DNA from: an uncultured Planctomycetota bacterium
Lineage (GTDB): Bacteria > Planctomycetota > Planctomycetia > Isosphaerales > Isosphaeraceae
Assembly: GCA_963823665.1 (NCBI GenBank)
Contig: CAWGMQ010000006.1
Coordinates: 960,001 to 1,024,000 of the forward strand
Reading direction: 5' to 3'
DNA: 64,000 bases
Shown here: positions 38,873-48,389 of the stretch, piece after piece
Numbering within the stretch: position 1 is the stretch's first letter
Layout: each line of letters opens with the position of its first letter
Program-made: the position numbers and the translations under genes
The notes under the pieces: generated by a model
Told to the model about the DNA's origin: nothing
What the model saw: only the letters and a program-made list of their open reading frames with translations
Databases searched by the model: none

Positions 38873-39403
38873 ATGAGTCCGGTTCCAACCTCCCCGGCAC
38901 AGACCCGTGTGCATATTCGATGGATGATCCGGCGCGATATGCCCGAGGTCCTCGCCATCGAACACGCGAGTTTCGAGTATCCCTGGTGTGAGGAGGAGTT
39001 CCTTCGCGTCTTGAGGCAGCGAAATTGCATCGGAATGGTGGCCGAGCACAACGAGCGCATCGTCGGATTCATGATCTACGAGCTGCACCGCAACAAGATT
39101 CACGTCCTCGATTTCGCCACCCATGGCGATCTTCGGCGCCGCGGCGTCGGCCGCCAGATGATCGCCAAGCTCGTCGGCAAGCTCTCCAGCCAGCGCCGCA
39201 ACCGCATCTCGCTCTATGTGCGAGAGACCAACCTGTTTTCACAGCTTTTCTACCGTGTCATGGGATTCCGCGCGATGGAAGTCGTCCGCGAGCATTATCC
39301 CGATAGCGGCGAAGACGCCTACCTGATGCAGTACCACCTCGATGAATCGATGATCGAGGAAGACCGTCCCGCCAACCGGATTGCCAAGCAGCTTGGCGGT
39401 TGA
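38873..39403 (+). CDS. rimI: Ribosomal-protein-alanine N-acetyltransferase
   Basis: IRWMIRRDMPEVLAIE..F..PW, RRRGVGR, L.VRETN, FY...GF, GEDAYLM; AAGGAGG RBS. Confidence 0.88.
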   Translation: MSPVPTSPAQTRVHIRWMIRRDMPEVLAIEHASFEYPWCEEEFLRVLRQRNCIGMVAEHNERIVGFMIYELHRNKIHVLDFATHGDLRRRGVGRQMIAKLVGKLSSQRRNRISLYVRETNLFSQLFYRVMGFRAMEVVREHYPDSGEDAYLMQYHLDESMIEEDRPANRIAKQLGG

Positions 39404-39429
39404 CCGCCCCCTTCACCCGGAAGTCTCAC

Positions 39430-39480
39430 GACCGCGGCGAGGCGCCCTTCAGGCTGCCTCGCCGCGGTCTTTTCGTTTTT
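39430..39480 (+). terminator. Rho-independent terminator after rimI
   Basis: GACCGCGGCGAGGC...GCCTCGCCGCGGTC plus TTTTCGTTTTT. Confidence 0.9.
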
Positions 39481-39520
39481 CGAATTGGTGCCGGGCTTCT
39501 CCGGAAGCGATAATTCACTC

Positions 39521-40533
39521 ATGAACAACCTCGAGCCAGAGCCTCCTGGGCAGGCACACCCCGCCCCGCAGTCCGGCCGCCCCGATCCTGCAAAGGGCCC
39601 AAACGCCCTTGCCGCACTCGGTCTTTCCATCGGATTGGGGCTCCTGGCGCTTGGCTCCTTGGCCGCGGTCGTGGCTTGCCTCGAGCCCGTTTTCCTCGCG
39701 CCGCGACAGACCCATGCGCAAGAGTTCCCTCAGGCGCTTCGAGCCGTCTGGCTCGTGCTGGCGTTCGCGTTCGCGGCGTGGGCCTGCGCTGCTCGTTGCT
39801 GCGACTCTGGGCCAGCCTGCTGCAACAGCGACTCGAGCATGACGTTCAACAATTCCAGGAGCTCGAGGCCCTCCTCAACCGGGCCGTCCGATTGCTCGAG
39901 CGTATCGCCGAGGGGATCGACCGCCGCGGCGAAACCTCCGGCTTTGAGCCCCCTGCAGTCCTCGAGCGTGCGCACGCGGTCCTCGAGATCGAGACGGCCC
40001 TCCGTAAGCAGGAGTGGGCCCAGGCTGAATCGCTCCTCGACGAATTCGAGACAGCTTACCCGGGTGACCACAAGCTCACTGCACTGCGCGATTCCCTCCG
40101 CTCGGCTCGCCGGAGCGCTCTGGGCGAGCGAATCGCCGAGCTCGCCGCGGCCCGCGATGTGAACGATCCGGCGCGTGTTCTTGACCTCTACCGCACCGTC
40201 GCCCCTGAGCTCGAACCCGAACACCGCGGAACACTTCAGTCCGAGGTGGCCCGCTGGTTTCTTACACTCATCTACCGTCGCCTGCGAACCGGCAAGATCC
40301 AGGTCGATGTTGTGGAGCTCGCCGGCGAGTTCGTCCATTCCTTCGCAGCCACCACCGAAGGCGCCAGCGTCGCCGCGGCACTCCCCACCCTGAGGCGAAG
40401 CGCAGGTTTGTGTCCTCGCTGTGCGCAGCCGTACACTGGTGTCGACCAGGCGTGCCCGGAATGTCTGCGGCCCAGAGGCAAGGCGGCCGTGCCGCCCGGG
40501 CCGTCCCCAAGCGACAATCAACCGGAATCATGA
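39521..40533 (+). CDS. Membrane protein with helical domain and C-terminal zinc ribbon (indel near 39790)
   Basis: Two TM segments in ORF 39485; CPRCAQPYTG...CPEC in ORF ending 40533. Confidence 0.7.
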
Positions 40534-40733
40534 GCGGAAGGTCTACAAATCTCCAGAAGGATGGTACGATTAAGTGCAAAGCGCCGAAGTTGCCCCGAGG
40601 ATCTTGTTTCCCGCAGCTTGACTCGCACCGGGCAGTCGGCTAAGCAGGAATGATCGGCACATCCGGAAAGCATGATGATGATTCGCGGCTTCGCACCGGC
40701 TCCCTGGAACCGGGATCTCGAAAGGACCACTCC

Positions 40734-42176
40734 ATGTTTCGGCGACTGGTGTCAGCTTCGGTGATGGTTGGCACGATTCTGGTCGGGAGTTCGGCTCTCG
40801 CGCAGCGCCCTTTCCCGGTGAACATCATTCCCAAGCGCACATCCCTCGACCGGCTGGGCCTTGAGCGCCAGTGGTTCGGCGTGGTTCCCCTGGTCGAGAC
40901 CGAGCGGTTGCTCAATATCAGCATCGCCGGCAAGGTGAACCCGGACGACCGGTCCCTGCTCTTCGCGCAAACCAGCTATGCGATGGTACACGCGTTCGAC
41001 GCCGAGACGGGTCAGCTCCTGTGGTCGGCGCAGCTCGGTGAGCGTACGGGCTTCGCCCGCGGGGTGGCGGCCAACAGCTTCGAGGTCTTCGTAACCAACG
41101 CCGACACCTTGTTCGCTCTCGACAAGAAGACCGGCCGCCAGATCTGGCGGCACGGCATGGGTACGATTCCAACCACCTCACCAGCCTGCAACGAAGAGCT
41201 GGCGATGGTGGGGCTCACAACCGGCAAGATCTATGCGTTCGCTCTCAAGAACAGGGATGAGAAAGGCAACGTTACCATCCTGACCGCGCCTCGCGAAGCA
41301 TGGAATTGGCAAGCCGGCGGCCAGATGCTCACACGGCCGCTGCCCGCCGATACCGTCTCGGTATTCGGATCGTCGGACGGCAAGGCTTACGTCGTCATGT
41401 CCGACGAGCGCACCAACCTCTTCCGATTCGGCACCGGCGGGCCCATCGGCGCAGGCTTCGGCACTTATGGTGATCGAATGCTCCTGGTCCCTTCCGGCGA
41501 CAACAATCTCTACGCCGTCGACTTGTTCACAACGCTCGGCCTGTGGACCTTTCCATCCGGCTCACCCATCGAGCAGGAACCGCTCGTCTCCGATAAGGAC
41601 ATCTACATCGCCAACACCGCCGGCTACCTGAGCTCGCTCGACCCCGGCACCGGCGAGCCCCGTTGGACCAGGTCCACGCAGGGCGGCGCGATCGTTTCGA
41701 TCACCAACACCAGGCTCTACCTTCGCTCGTATAACCTCGACCTCTTCATCATTGATCGCAAGACCGGCCGCGTGCTCGTCGATCCCGGCGAGACGTTGCT
41801 CCGTGCCGGTCTCGATTTGCGTGAGTTCGACCTGAATATCATCAACCGCTTCAACGACCGCCTCTACTTCGCCACGCCCTCGGGGTTGATCGTCTGCATT
41901 CGCGAATCCGGCCAGTTGACTCCCCGTCCGCTCGTCGACCCCAAGGCCAAACCGTTCGGCTACGTGCCGCCGGAGGGAATCAAGCCACCCGCGCCGCCGG
42001 CTGCCACGGACGAAGCCAAACCCGAAGCCGGCGCCGAGCCCGGTGCCGACGCCGAGAAGAAGGATGCCGCCGACGCCGAGAAGAAGGATGCCGCCGACGC
42101 CGACAAGGACAAGCCCGACGCGGCAGACAAGGAAACGAAGAAAGAACCGGAGGCCGATAAGGACGAGCCGAAATGA
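40734..42176 (+). CDS. PQQ-like beta-propeller (BamB-like) secreted protein with acidic tail
   Basis: Signal peptide; repeated AFDAETGQLLWS, ALDKKTGRQIW, SLDPGTGEPRW; DAEKKDAA tandem repeat near 42046-42110. Confidence 0.88.
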   Translation: MFRRLVSASVMVGTILVGSSALAQRPFPVNIIPKRTSLDRLGLERQWFGVVPLVETERLLNISIAGKVNPDDRSLLFAQTSYAMVHAFDAETGQLLWSAQLGERTGFARGVAANSFEVFVTNADTLFALDKKTGRQIWRHGMGTIPTTSPACNEELAMVGLTTGKIYAFALKNRDEKGNVTILTAPREAWNWQAGGQMLTRPLPADTVSVFGSSDGKAYVVMSDERTNLFRFGTGGPIGAGFGTYGDRMLLVPSGDNNLYAVDLFTTLGLWTFPSGSPIEQEPLVSDKDIYIANTAGYLSSLDPGTGEPRWTRSTQGGAIVSITNTRLYLRSYNLDLFIIDRKTGRVLVDPGETLLRAGLDLREFDLNIINRFNDRLYFATPSGLIVCIRESGQLTPRPLVDPKAKPFGYVPPEGIKPPAPPAATDEAKPEAGAEPGADAEKKDAADAEKKDAADADKDKPDAADKETKKEPEADKDEPK

Positions 42177-43768
42177 GCGCGATCGTCCCGATTCGCCGCG
42201 CCCTGTTGAGTGTGTATGACAAGACCGGTTTGATCGACCTCGCCCGCGTTCTCGCTCGAGGTGGGGCAGAGCTGCTGGCCAGCGGCGGCACGCGGATGGC
42301 CTTGCTGGACGCCGGGATCCAGGTCACGGAAGTGGCTGACTTCACCGGGCAGCCCGAGATCCTGGGCGGCCGGGTCAAGACGCTCCATCCCAAGATCCAC
42401 GCCGGCATCCTGGCTCGCCGCGATTTGCCCGCTGACCTGGCCCAGCTCGAGGCGCAAGGTTTCCCAACCATCGATCTGGTGGTCGTGAACCTCTATCCGT
42501 TCGAGGCCACGATCGCCCGAGCCGGTGCGACCTTCGCCGAAGCCATCGAGAACATTGACGTCGGCGGGCCCACTCTCCTGCGTGCGGCCGCCAAGAACCA
42601 CCAGCACGTCGCCGTTCTCTCAAGCCCCAGAGAGTATCAATGTTTGATCGACTCGATTGAGCAGCACGCCGGCACGACACTCGAGACCCGCCGCCGGCTC
42701 GCCGCCGCCGCGTTCGAGTGCTCGAGCGAATACGACCGCGCGATCGCCGCATATATGAAACAGGCAGCGGGTGTACCGCCGGACGACGTGGCATTTCCCA
42801 GCACGCTCGCGCTTCGCTTTTCGTTACGCGGGCCGCTGCGTTACGGAGAAAATCCGCATCAGCAAGCCGCTTTTTACGTCGAGCCTGAAACGAAAGGCCC
42901 TGACCTTGCAACCGCGCGCCTGTTGCACGGCAAAGAGCTCTCATTCAACAACTTGCTCGACCTCGACAGCGCCTTGCGTCTGGTGCGCTCGTTCGCCAGC
43001 CCGGCGGCCTGCATTCTCAAACACAACAACCCCTGTGGCGCGGCCCTTGCTGAGGTTCCTTCCATCGCGTTCGAGTGGGCCTACGAAGGCGACCCGACAA
43101 GCGCCTTCGGGGGGATCGTCGCGCTGAACCGCCCCCTCGATCTGGCGTCGGCCCAGCGAATGTGCCAGCCCGGCCGATTCATCGAAGCCATTCTCTCGCC
43201 CGGTTTCGACCACGACGCGCTCGATTGGCTCACGACCAAGCCCACCTGGCGCAACAGCGTTCGCCTGCTCGACCTGGGGTCGCCCCTGGCCCCCGGTGGC
43301 GTCGGCCCCTCAGGCTTCGACCTCCGCCGCATCGAGGGGGGCCTGCTCGTCCAGACCTGGGACTCAGTCGAGCCCGACCCCTCCGCCGGCCAGGTCGCCA
43401 CCGCTCGCGCCCCCAGCGACCACGAGCGCACCGACCTCGATTTTGCCTGGCGGGTGTGCGCCTGCGTGAAATCCAACGCGATCGTCCTCGCGAAGGATCG
43501 TCAGTTGATCGGCGTCGGCGCCGGCCAGATGAGCCGGCTCGACTCGGTGCGCATCGCCGTCGAGAAAGCGGGCGACCGTGCACAAGGCTCGGTGCTCGCT
43601 TCGGACGCCTTCTTCCCGTTCCGCGACGGCCCGGACCTCGCGGCATCCCGCGGGGTCACCGCCATCATCCAGCCCGGTGGCTCTCGCCGCGACGACGAGA
43701 CCATCAAAGCCTGCAACGACCACGGTATGGCCATGCTCCTGACCGGCCGCCGCCATTTCCGGCACTGA
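42173..43768 (+). CDS. purH: Bifunctional AICAR transformylase / IMP cyclohydrolase
   Basis: RALLSVYDKTG, GRVKTLHP, IDVGGP, LRYGENPHQ, KHNNPCG, ASDAFFPF, IIQPGGS, RHFRH. Confidence 0.98.
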   Translation: MSAIVPIRRALLSVYDKTGLIDLARVLARGGAELLASGGTRMALLDAGIQVTEVADFTGQPEILGGRVKTLHPKIHAGILARRDLPADLAQLEAQGFPTIDLVVVNLYPFEATIARAGATFAEAIENIDVGGPTLLRAAAKNHQHVAVLSSPREYQCLIDSIEQHAGTTLETRRRLAAAAFECSSEYDRAIAAYMKQAAGVPPDDVAFPSTLALRFSLRGPLRYGENPHQQAAFYVEPETKGPDLATARLLHGKELSFNNLLDLDSALRLVRSFASPAACILKHNNPCGAALAEVPSIAFEWAYEGDPTSAFGGIVALNRPLDLASAQRMCQPGRFIEAILSPGFDHDALDWLTTKPTWRNSVRLLDLGSPLAPGGVGPSGFDLRRIEGGLLVQTWDSVEPDPSAGQVATARAPSDHERTDLDFAWRVCACVKSNAIVLAKDRQLIGVGAGQMSRLDSVRIAVEKAGDRAQGSVLASDAFFPFRDGPDLAASRGVTAIIQPGGSRRDDETIKACNDHGMAMLLTGRRHFRH

Positions 43769-43854
43769 GACCCAAAGTCGCCTTTCGCTCCGCGAAAGTG
43801 CGTCTGCGTCAGCCCACGCTCCTGACCGGCCGCCGCCATTTCCGGCATTGAGAC
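43735..43854 (+). repeat. 37-bp direct repeat of purH 3' end (43735-43771 and 43818-43854) around a palindrome
   Basis: GCTCCTGACCGGCCGCCGCCATTTCCGGCA(C/T)TGAGAC twice; CTTTCGC-TCC-GCGAAAG between. Confidence 0.92.
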
Positions 43855-43865
43855 TGCCCGGGCAA

Positions 43866-46113
43866 TCAGCGGTGTCCACCACCACCCCCATGCCCGCCGC
43901 CGCCGAACCCGCCCATTGAAGGCATTCCGCCGCCGCGGAACCCACCGCCGCTGAATCCCCCAAAACCGGATGTTCCGCCACGGAACCCATTGCTGAGCGA
44001 CGATCCGCCCAGACTCGACCCACGGTAGGCACCGGATCCACCTAGCGGCATCCCTCCCAGTCCGGGATGGGTGGCCATTCCTCCCATGGAGGGCCCGCCG
44101 ACGCCGCGGCTTCCCAGCGCCCCGCCGCCGGGCATCCCTCCTGCGCCCGCACGGCCCATACCCGCGTTGCCCATTCCGCCGCGCGCCATCGTGTTGGCGC
44201 CACCGAGTCCCTGCCCCACGCCGCCGCGAGAAAGAGCAGCCCCACCGCCCGGTTGACCCAACGTCCGTCCGGCGCTTCCCGCTCCCTGCGCTCCTCGGGC
44301 GTTCATTGCCGTGTTTGAGGCCGATGTCCCGGCTCGGTTCGTCGCATGCGAATTGGCCGCGTTATTCGCCGTTCGCCAGCCATTCGCACCCGATGAAAGC
44401 GTCGAGGCTCGGTGAACTTGCCCCGAGCCGGTTCCGGATCGGCCAGCGGTATGGCTCGCCGTGGTCGAGCCGCGATTGAACGGGTTTCCAAATGCATGCG
44501 AAGACGGCGGCGACCCTGCCCGGTTAGCGCCTCCCGCCGAACGATTGATGCTCCTCGTGCTGCTCACAGTCCGCGTGGTCGTCTTCCCATTTCGCGTCAC
44601 GCTCGTTGTTCGCGTGACCGTGCGGCTGATCGAGCGGTTGGCAAACGGCATGCGGCTCCCTCCAATTCCCCCGCGTCCCCAGCCGCCCCAGCCACGTCCC
44701 CACCATGCGCCTCCGCCCCAGCCGAACCCGCCGAACCCGCCGAACCCGAAACCGAAAAAGGGATACCCGAATCCGAACCCGAACCCGAGGAAGGGAAACC
44801 CGAACCCGCCGAACCCGCCGTATCCGCCGTATCCGCCGTATCCGCCGTAGCCGAATCCGTTGTAACCGCCAAAGCCGATTCCCAGGCCCAGCCCACCGAA
44901 GCCCACGCCCCCCGACAGTCCTCCGCCGTAAGCGTAAGTCGGATAACCGTACGAATTGAACGGCGAATAGAACCCGCCGCCAAATCCGCCATAGCCGCCA
45001 AATCCGCCGTAGCCGCCGAACCCACCCCCGAGCAAGCCGCCGTAATACCCCATGTATGGAGACCCGTACCCGCCGTACCCGCCCCCGTATCCTCCGTAGC
45101 CACCGTACTGAACTGGCTGCGCGTAGTACGGGTAGCCCGCCCCGCCGTAGTACGGATAGTCAAGGTAGCCGTAATAACCGTTCAAATAACCATAGGAGCC
45201 GTAGCCGTAGTACCGCCCGGTGTCGTCATAGGCGACGCCGGGATAGCCGTCGTAGTTCGAGTTCGGCCGTCCGAACGCACCATTCAACTGGCCGTACATC
45301 TCCGGCGAGACCTGGGTGTAAGGCTGATAAACCAGATCGCCTGCCCCTCTCGCGGTTGGCTCCACTGCCGCCGGTGTAAAGAGCGTCCCGCGATCTTCGA
45401 GCGTCCGGTCCCAGTAGCCTTCCTGGAACACCCATCCGTCCGGCTGCCGAACCCATTGTGCCGGCACCCACGACCACCCCGGCTGTACCTTGGCCCAGAA
45501 ACCCTTCTTCCACACGACGCCGTCGCCATCAGGGTAGTACTGCCCCGGGATATAGAAGCAATCCGCCGTTGGAGGCTCGCCCGGCTCGTCGTCGGGCCGG
45601 TCCTCCGGCGGTCCGTTCTTGCGGTAGTCGATCCGGTCCGTCTTCCGTTCGCTCCAGAATCCCGATACCCGATACCAGCCCCGATCGTCTCGCTTCCAGT
45701 ATCCGTTGACCCAGAACCGCCCCGGCGGGGCGACTCGCCACGTTCCGGTCACCCACAGAAAGTCTTTCCGGCCGGCATCCCACTCCCAGTAGCCCTCGAT
45801 CCATTCCGCATTCCCGGTGGGCGGGTCGATACCCGGGCCGCTCCGAAAGCGGCGCAGGCGGCGCCTTTTCGATCCGAACCGGGTTCTGGTCCTTGCGTGG
45901 CGAGAGAAATGCCTCATGCAGCGGGCCTTCCATGAGCGGCTTCACCCGCTCGTCGCCTCTCGGTCTGCTGGGCGTTTGTGCGCCCTCGAGCAATGGCGGC
46001 GGCAGATTGTCGGCGCGGTCCGACGGCGCCGGCTCCTGCGCGGTCGCGGCGGCCGCAACCAGGCTCCCCAGCACGCTCACAAGCCCAAAGCCGAGAATGT
46101 AAGTGCGGCTCAT
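43866..46113 (-). CDS. Secreted YXWGXW-repeat protein with Gly/Tyr/Phe low-complexity tail (indel near 45835)
   Basis: Signal MSRTYILGFGLVSVLGSLVAAAATA; GPLHEAF; WIEGYW, WVTGTW, WVNGYW, WKKGFW, WVPAQW; GGYGGY and GFGFG tracts. Confidence 0.85.
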
Positions 46114-46326
46114 CGAAGGCACTCCGACCGAACGTCTCCGGACCGAGAACCACGCCCTTCCGGAATCAGTACGCTCGGCTCGATTCAAAGGAACGAGAAG
46201 ATCGCGGAATCATGGACCGGCTCAATCCCTGGAATCGCCACGACCGCTCCACGTCGATCTTCCGGCTCGTCATTGTATCAAGTCGTCGGCCGTCCTGTCC
46301 CATGTTCTTCGGGGAAAACGGTCGTT

Positions 46327-47457
46327 CTATGGGATCGTGGCCCCGGCGCCGCTGAAAGATGTGTACTGCGCGATCCGCCCGGCAATGTCGGAAAAGCCGA
46401 GTGCCTGCGGGAAGCTCGTGTGACTGAAGCCCACCCTCGAGTGAAGATCGATTTGCTCCACGCGCGCCCCCAGTGGGCCAAGCGCTGCCATGTCGTGTTT
46501 CGTGAGCCCCACCATGCCGATCGCCGGGCGGAAACCGGTGAATCGCCCCAGGATGAAGAACATGAGGGCAGCATCGCCGGTGTTGTAGATGTTGAAAAGT
46601 GCTTCGCATGAGGGAAGCGATTGATCAAGCCGCTCCCCGGGGTTGAGCCAGTGATGCCCAGCCGCGGCGTCCAGAATCACGCACCGAAATCGAAGATCGG
46701 GCCGTCCCGCGCTCAACTGCGCCGACGGTTCCCCGAAGATCGACGGCAGGACAGCTCCCGAAAGAAGGTGCATCGTGGTGAGTGCGAGGCGGCCGCCGTC
46801 GCTCTGGCCGAGAAGGCAGACACGTGAGCCCGCCGGTGACTCTTGCAAGAATCTCGCAAGGTGGAACGCCGCGATCCGCGTTCTCCTCGATTTCTCGTTC
46901 AAGTCCGCGTAAAGACCGCGCAGCTCGCGCTCGCTCGGCCAGTCGAAGATGATGAACACCGTCTCCGGTAGCAATCCGCCGGCGGCCTCGAGTTGTTCGC
47001 GAACCTTGACCGCCTCTTGAACCGCGGCTCGATAGCTGTAACCGTAACCGTGAATGAGAAGGACGGATGTGCGGCCGGCCATTCGATCCAAGAGCGCCTC
47101 GGCCGGAGCGCCGTGAAGCGGCAGGCCGAGCCCGTCGAATCGTGCGACCGTGATGCTCGACCAGGGGTCCGTTCCCATCTTCTGCTCGCAAGCCCGCGTG
47201 TGAACAACCCAGGTCTCGACAAGCGAAGTTGCCTCGGCCGGATCCGAAACCGCGTGTGTTGCCCCCGGCGCGGTGATTGCCGTGTGGAAATCCGCCGGCC
47301 CCGATTCTGGCGAGTTTGCCGTCAAAACGGGCGCAGACAACCCGGGCGTGGTGGTGCGAGCCTCCGGCCCGGTGCATCCGGCCGCGCTCGCCAGAAGCAC
47401 CACCCAGATCCATACAACCGTGCGCGCCAGCCAGCTACGGTGCCGCCTCATGCGCAT
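46327..47457 (-). CDS. Lipoprotein alpha/beta hydrolase (DUF900-like)
   Basis: Lipobox SAAGC; LLIHGY, FDWPS, nucleophile elbow GQSDGG, N..D, late His. Confidence 0.8.
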   Translation of the reverse strand: MRMRRHRSWLARTVVWIWVVLLASAAGCTGPEARTTTPGLSAPVLTANSPESGPADFHTAITAPGATHAVSDPAEATSLVETWVVHTRACEQKMGTDPWSSITVARFDGLGLPLHGAPAEALLDRMAGRTSVLLIHGYGYSYRAAVQEAVKVREQLEAAGGLLPETVFIIFDWPSERELRGLYADLNEKSRRTRIAAFHLARFLQESPAGSRVCLLGQSDGGRLALTTMHLLSGAVLPSIFGEPSAQLSAGRPDLRFRCVILDAAAGHHWLNPGERLDQSLPSCEALFNIYNTGDAALMFFILGRFTGFRPAIGMVGLTKHDMAALGPLGARVEQIDLHSRVGFSHTSFPQALGFSDIAGRIAQYTSFSGAGATIP

Positions 47458-47763
47458 CAGACCGACCCACCTCAATTCCGTACCGTCGTTAGGGTGGAGT
47501 TCATGCCGGAACTATACTCCACTTTCAACGGCCGTCGATCGCTCCCTCCAATCTGGCTGATGGAGTTCTGCCCATTCCCGGTATTCCCGCATGGACGATC
47601 CGAGCAGACCGTCGCGCCCGCGTTTGCAGCTTGCCAGTAGGCCAGGCTCGTGCGTCAATGGGGCGAGTCACCGCAAACGGTTGAGTCGCCATGCAAATTC
47701 TCTGTGAGGTTTTCTTCCCTGCGTTGTGTTGATTGAAGAGATTTCCGTGAAAAAGGGGATGGA

Positions 47764-48373
47764 ATGGACGAGGTGCCGGACACTCGACCGAGCCTGCTGG
47801 TCCGCCTCTGTGATCCCAAGGACGAGCGTGCCTGGACCGAGTTCACGGCCATTTACTCTCCGCTGATTTACCGATTAGCGCGCCGGAAGGGGTTCCAGCA
47901 CGCCGACTCCGAGGATCTAGTCCAGGAGGTCCTGCGCGGTCGCTTCGTCCGTCGACCGCTGGGAACCCGATCCGTGTAAACGGCCTTTTCGAAACTGGCT
48001 GTTCCGGATCGCGCGGAACATGATGCTGAACCTGGTCGCGAGCCAGCACCGACATCCGCGGGGTACGGGCTCGGAGGAAATTCAGTGGCTACTCGAGACC
48101 CAGCCTTCTCCGTCACCTGCGGACTCCGCGTTATTCGAGACCGAATACAAGCGTCAACTCTTCCTTTGGGCCGCCGAACGCGCCCGCGGCGAGTTTCGGC
48201 CGATCACCTGGGCGGCCTTCTGGGACACCGGGGTCGAGGGCAAGAAGGCACAGGTCGTCGCTGATGCTCTCGGCATAAGCGTCGGCGCCGTCTATATGGC
48301 CAAGAGTCGGGTCGTGGCCCGGATCAGGCAGGTCATCGAACAGGTCGACGGCGAGTGGGCCGGACTGGAATAG
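47764..48373 (+). CDS. ECF sigma factor, kinase-associated type (2-bp deletion near 47937)
   Basis: TRPSLLVRL...AWTEF..IYSPLIY, DSEDLVQEV, FRNWLFRIARN, LGISVGAVYMAKSRV. The paralog remnant at 56573 shows the missing 2 bases. Confidence 0.9.
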
Positions 48374-48389
48374 CAATAGGGAGCACGCC

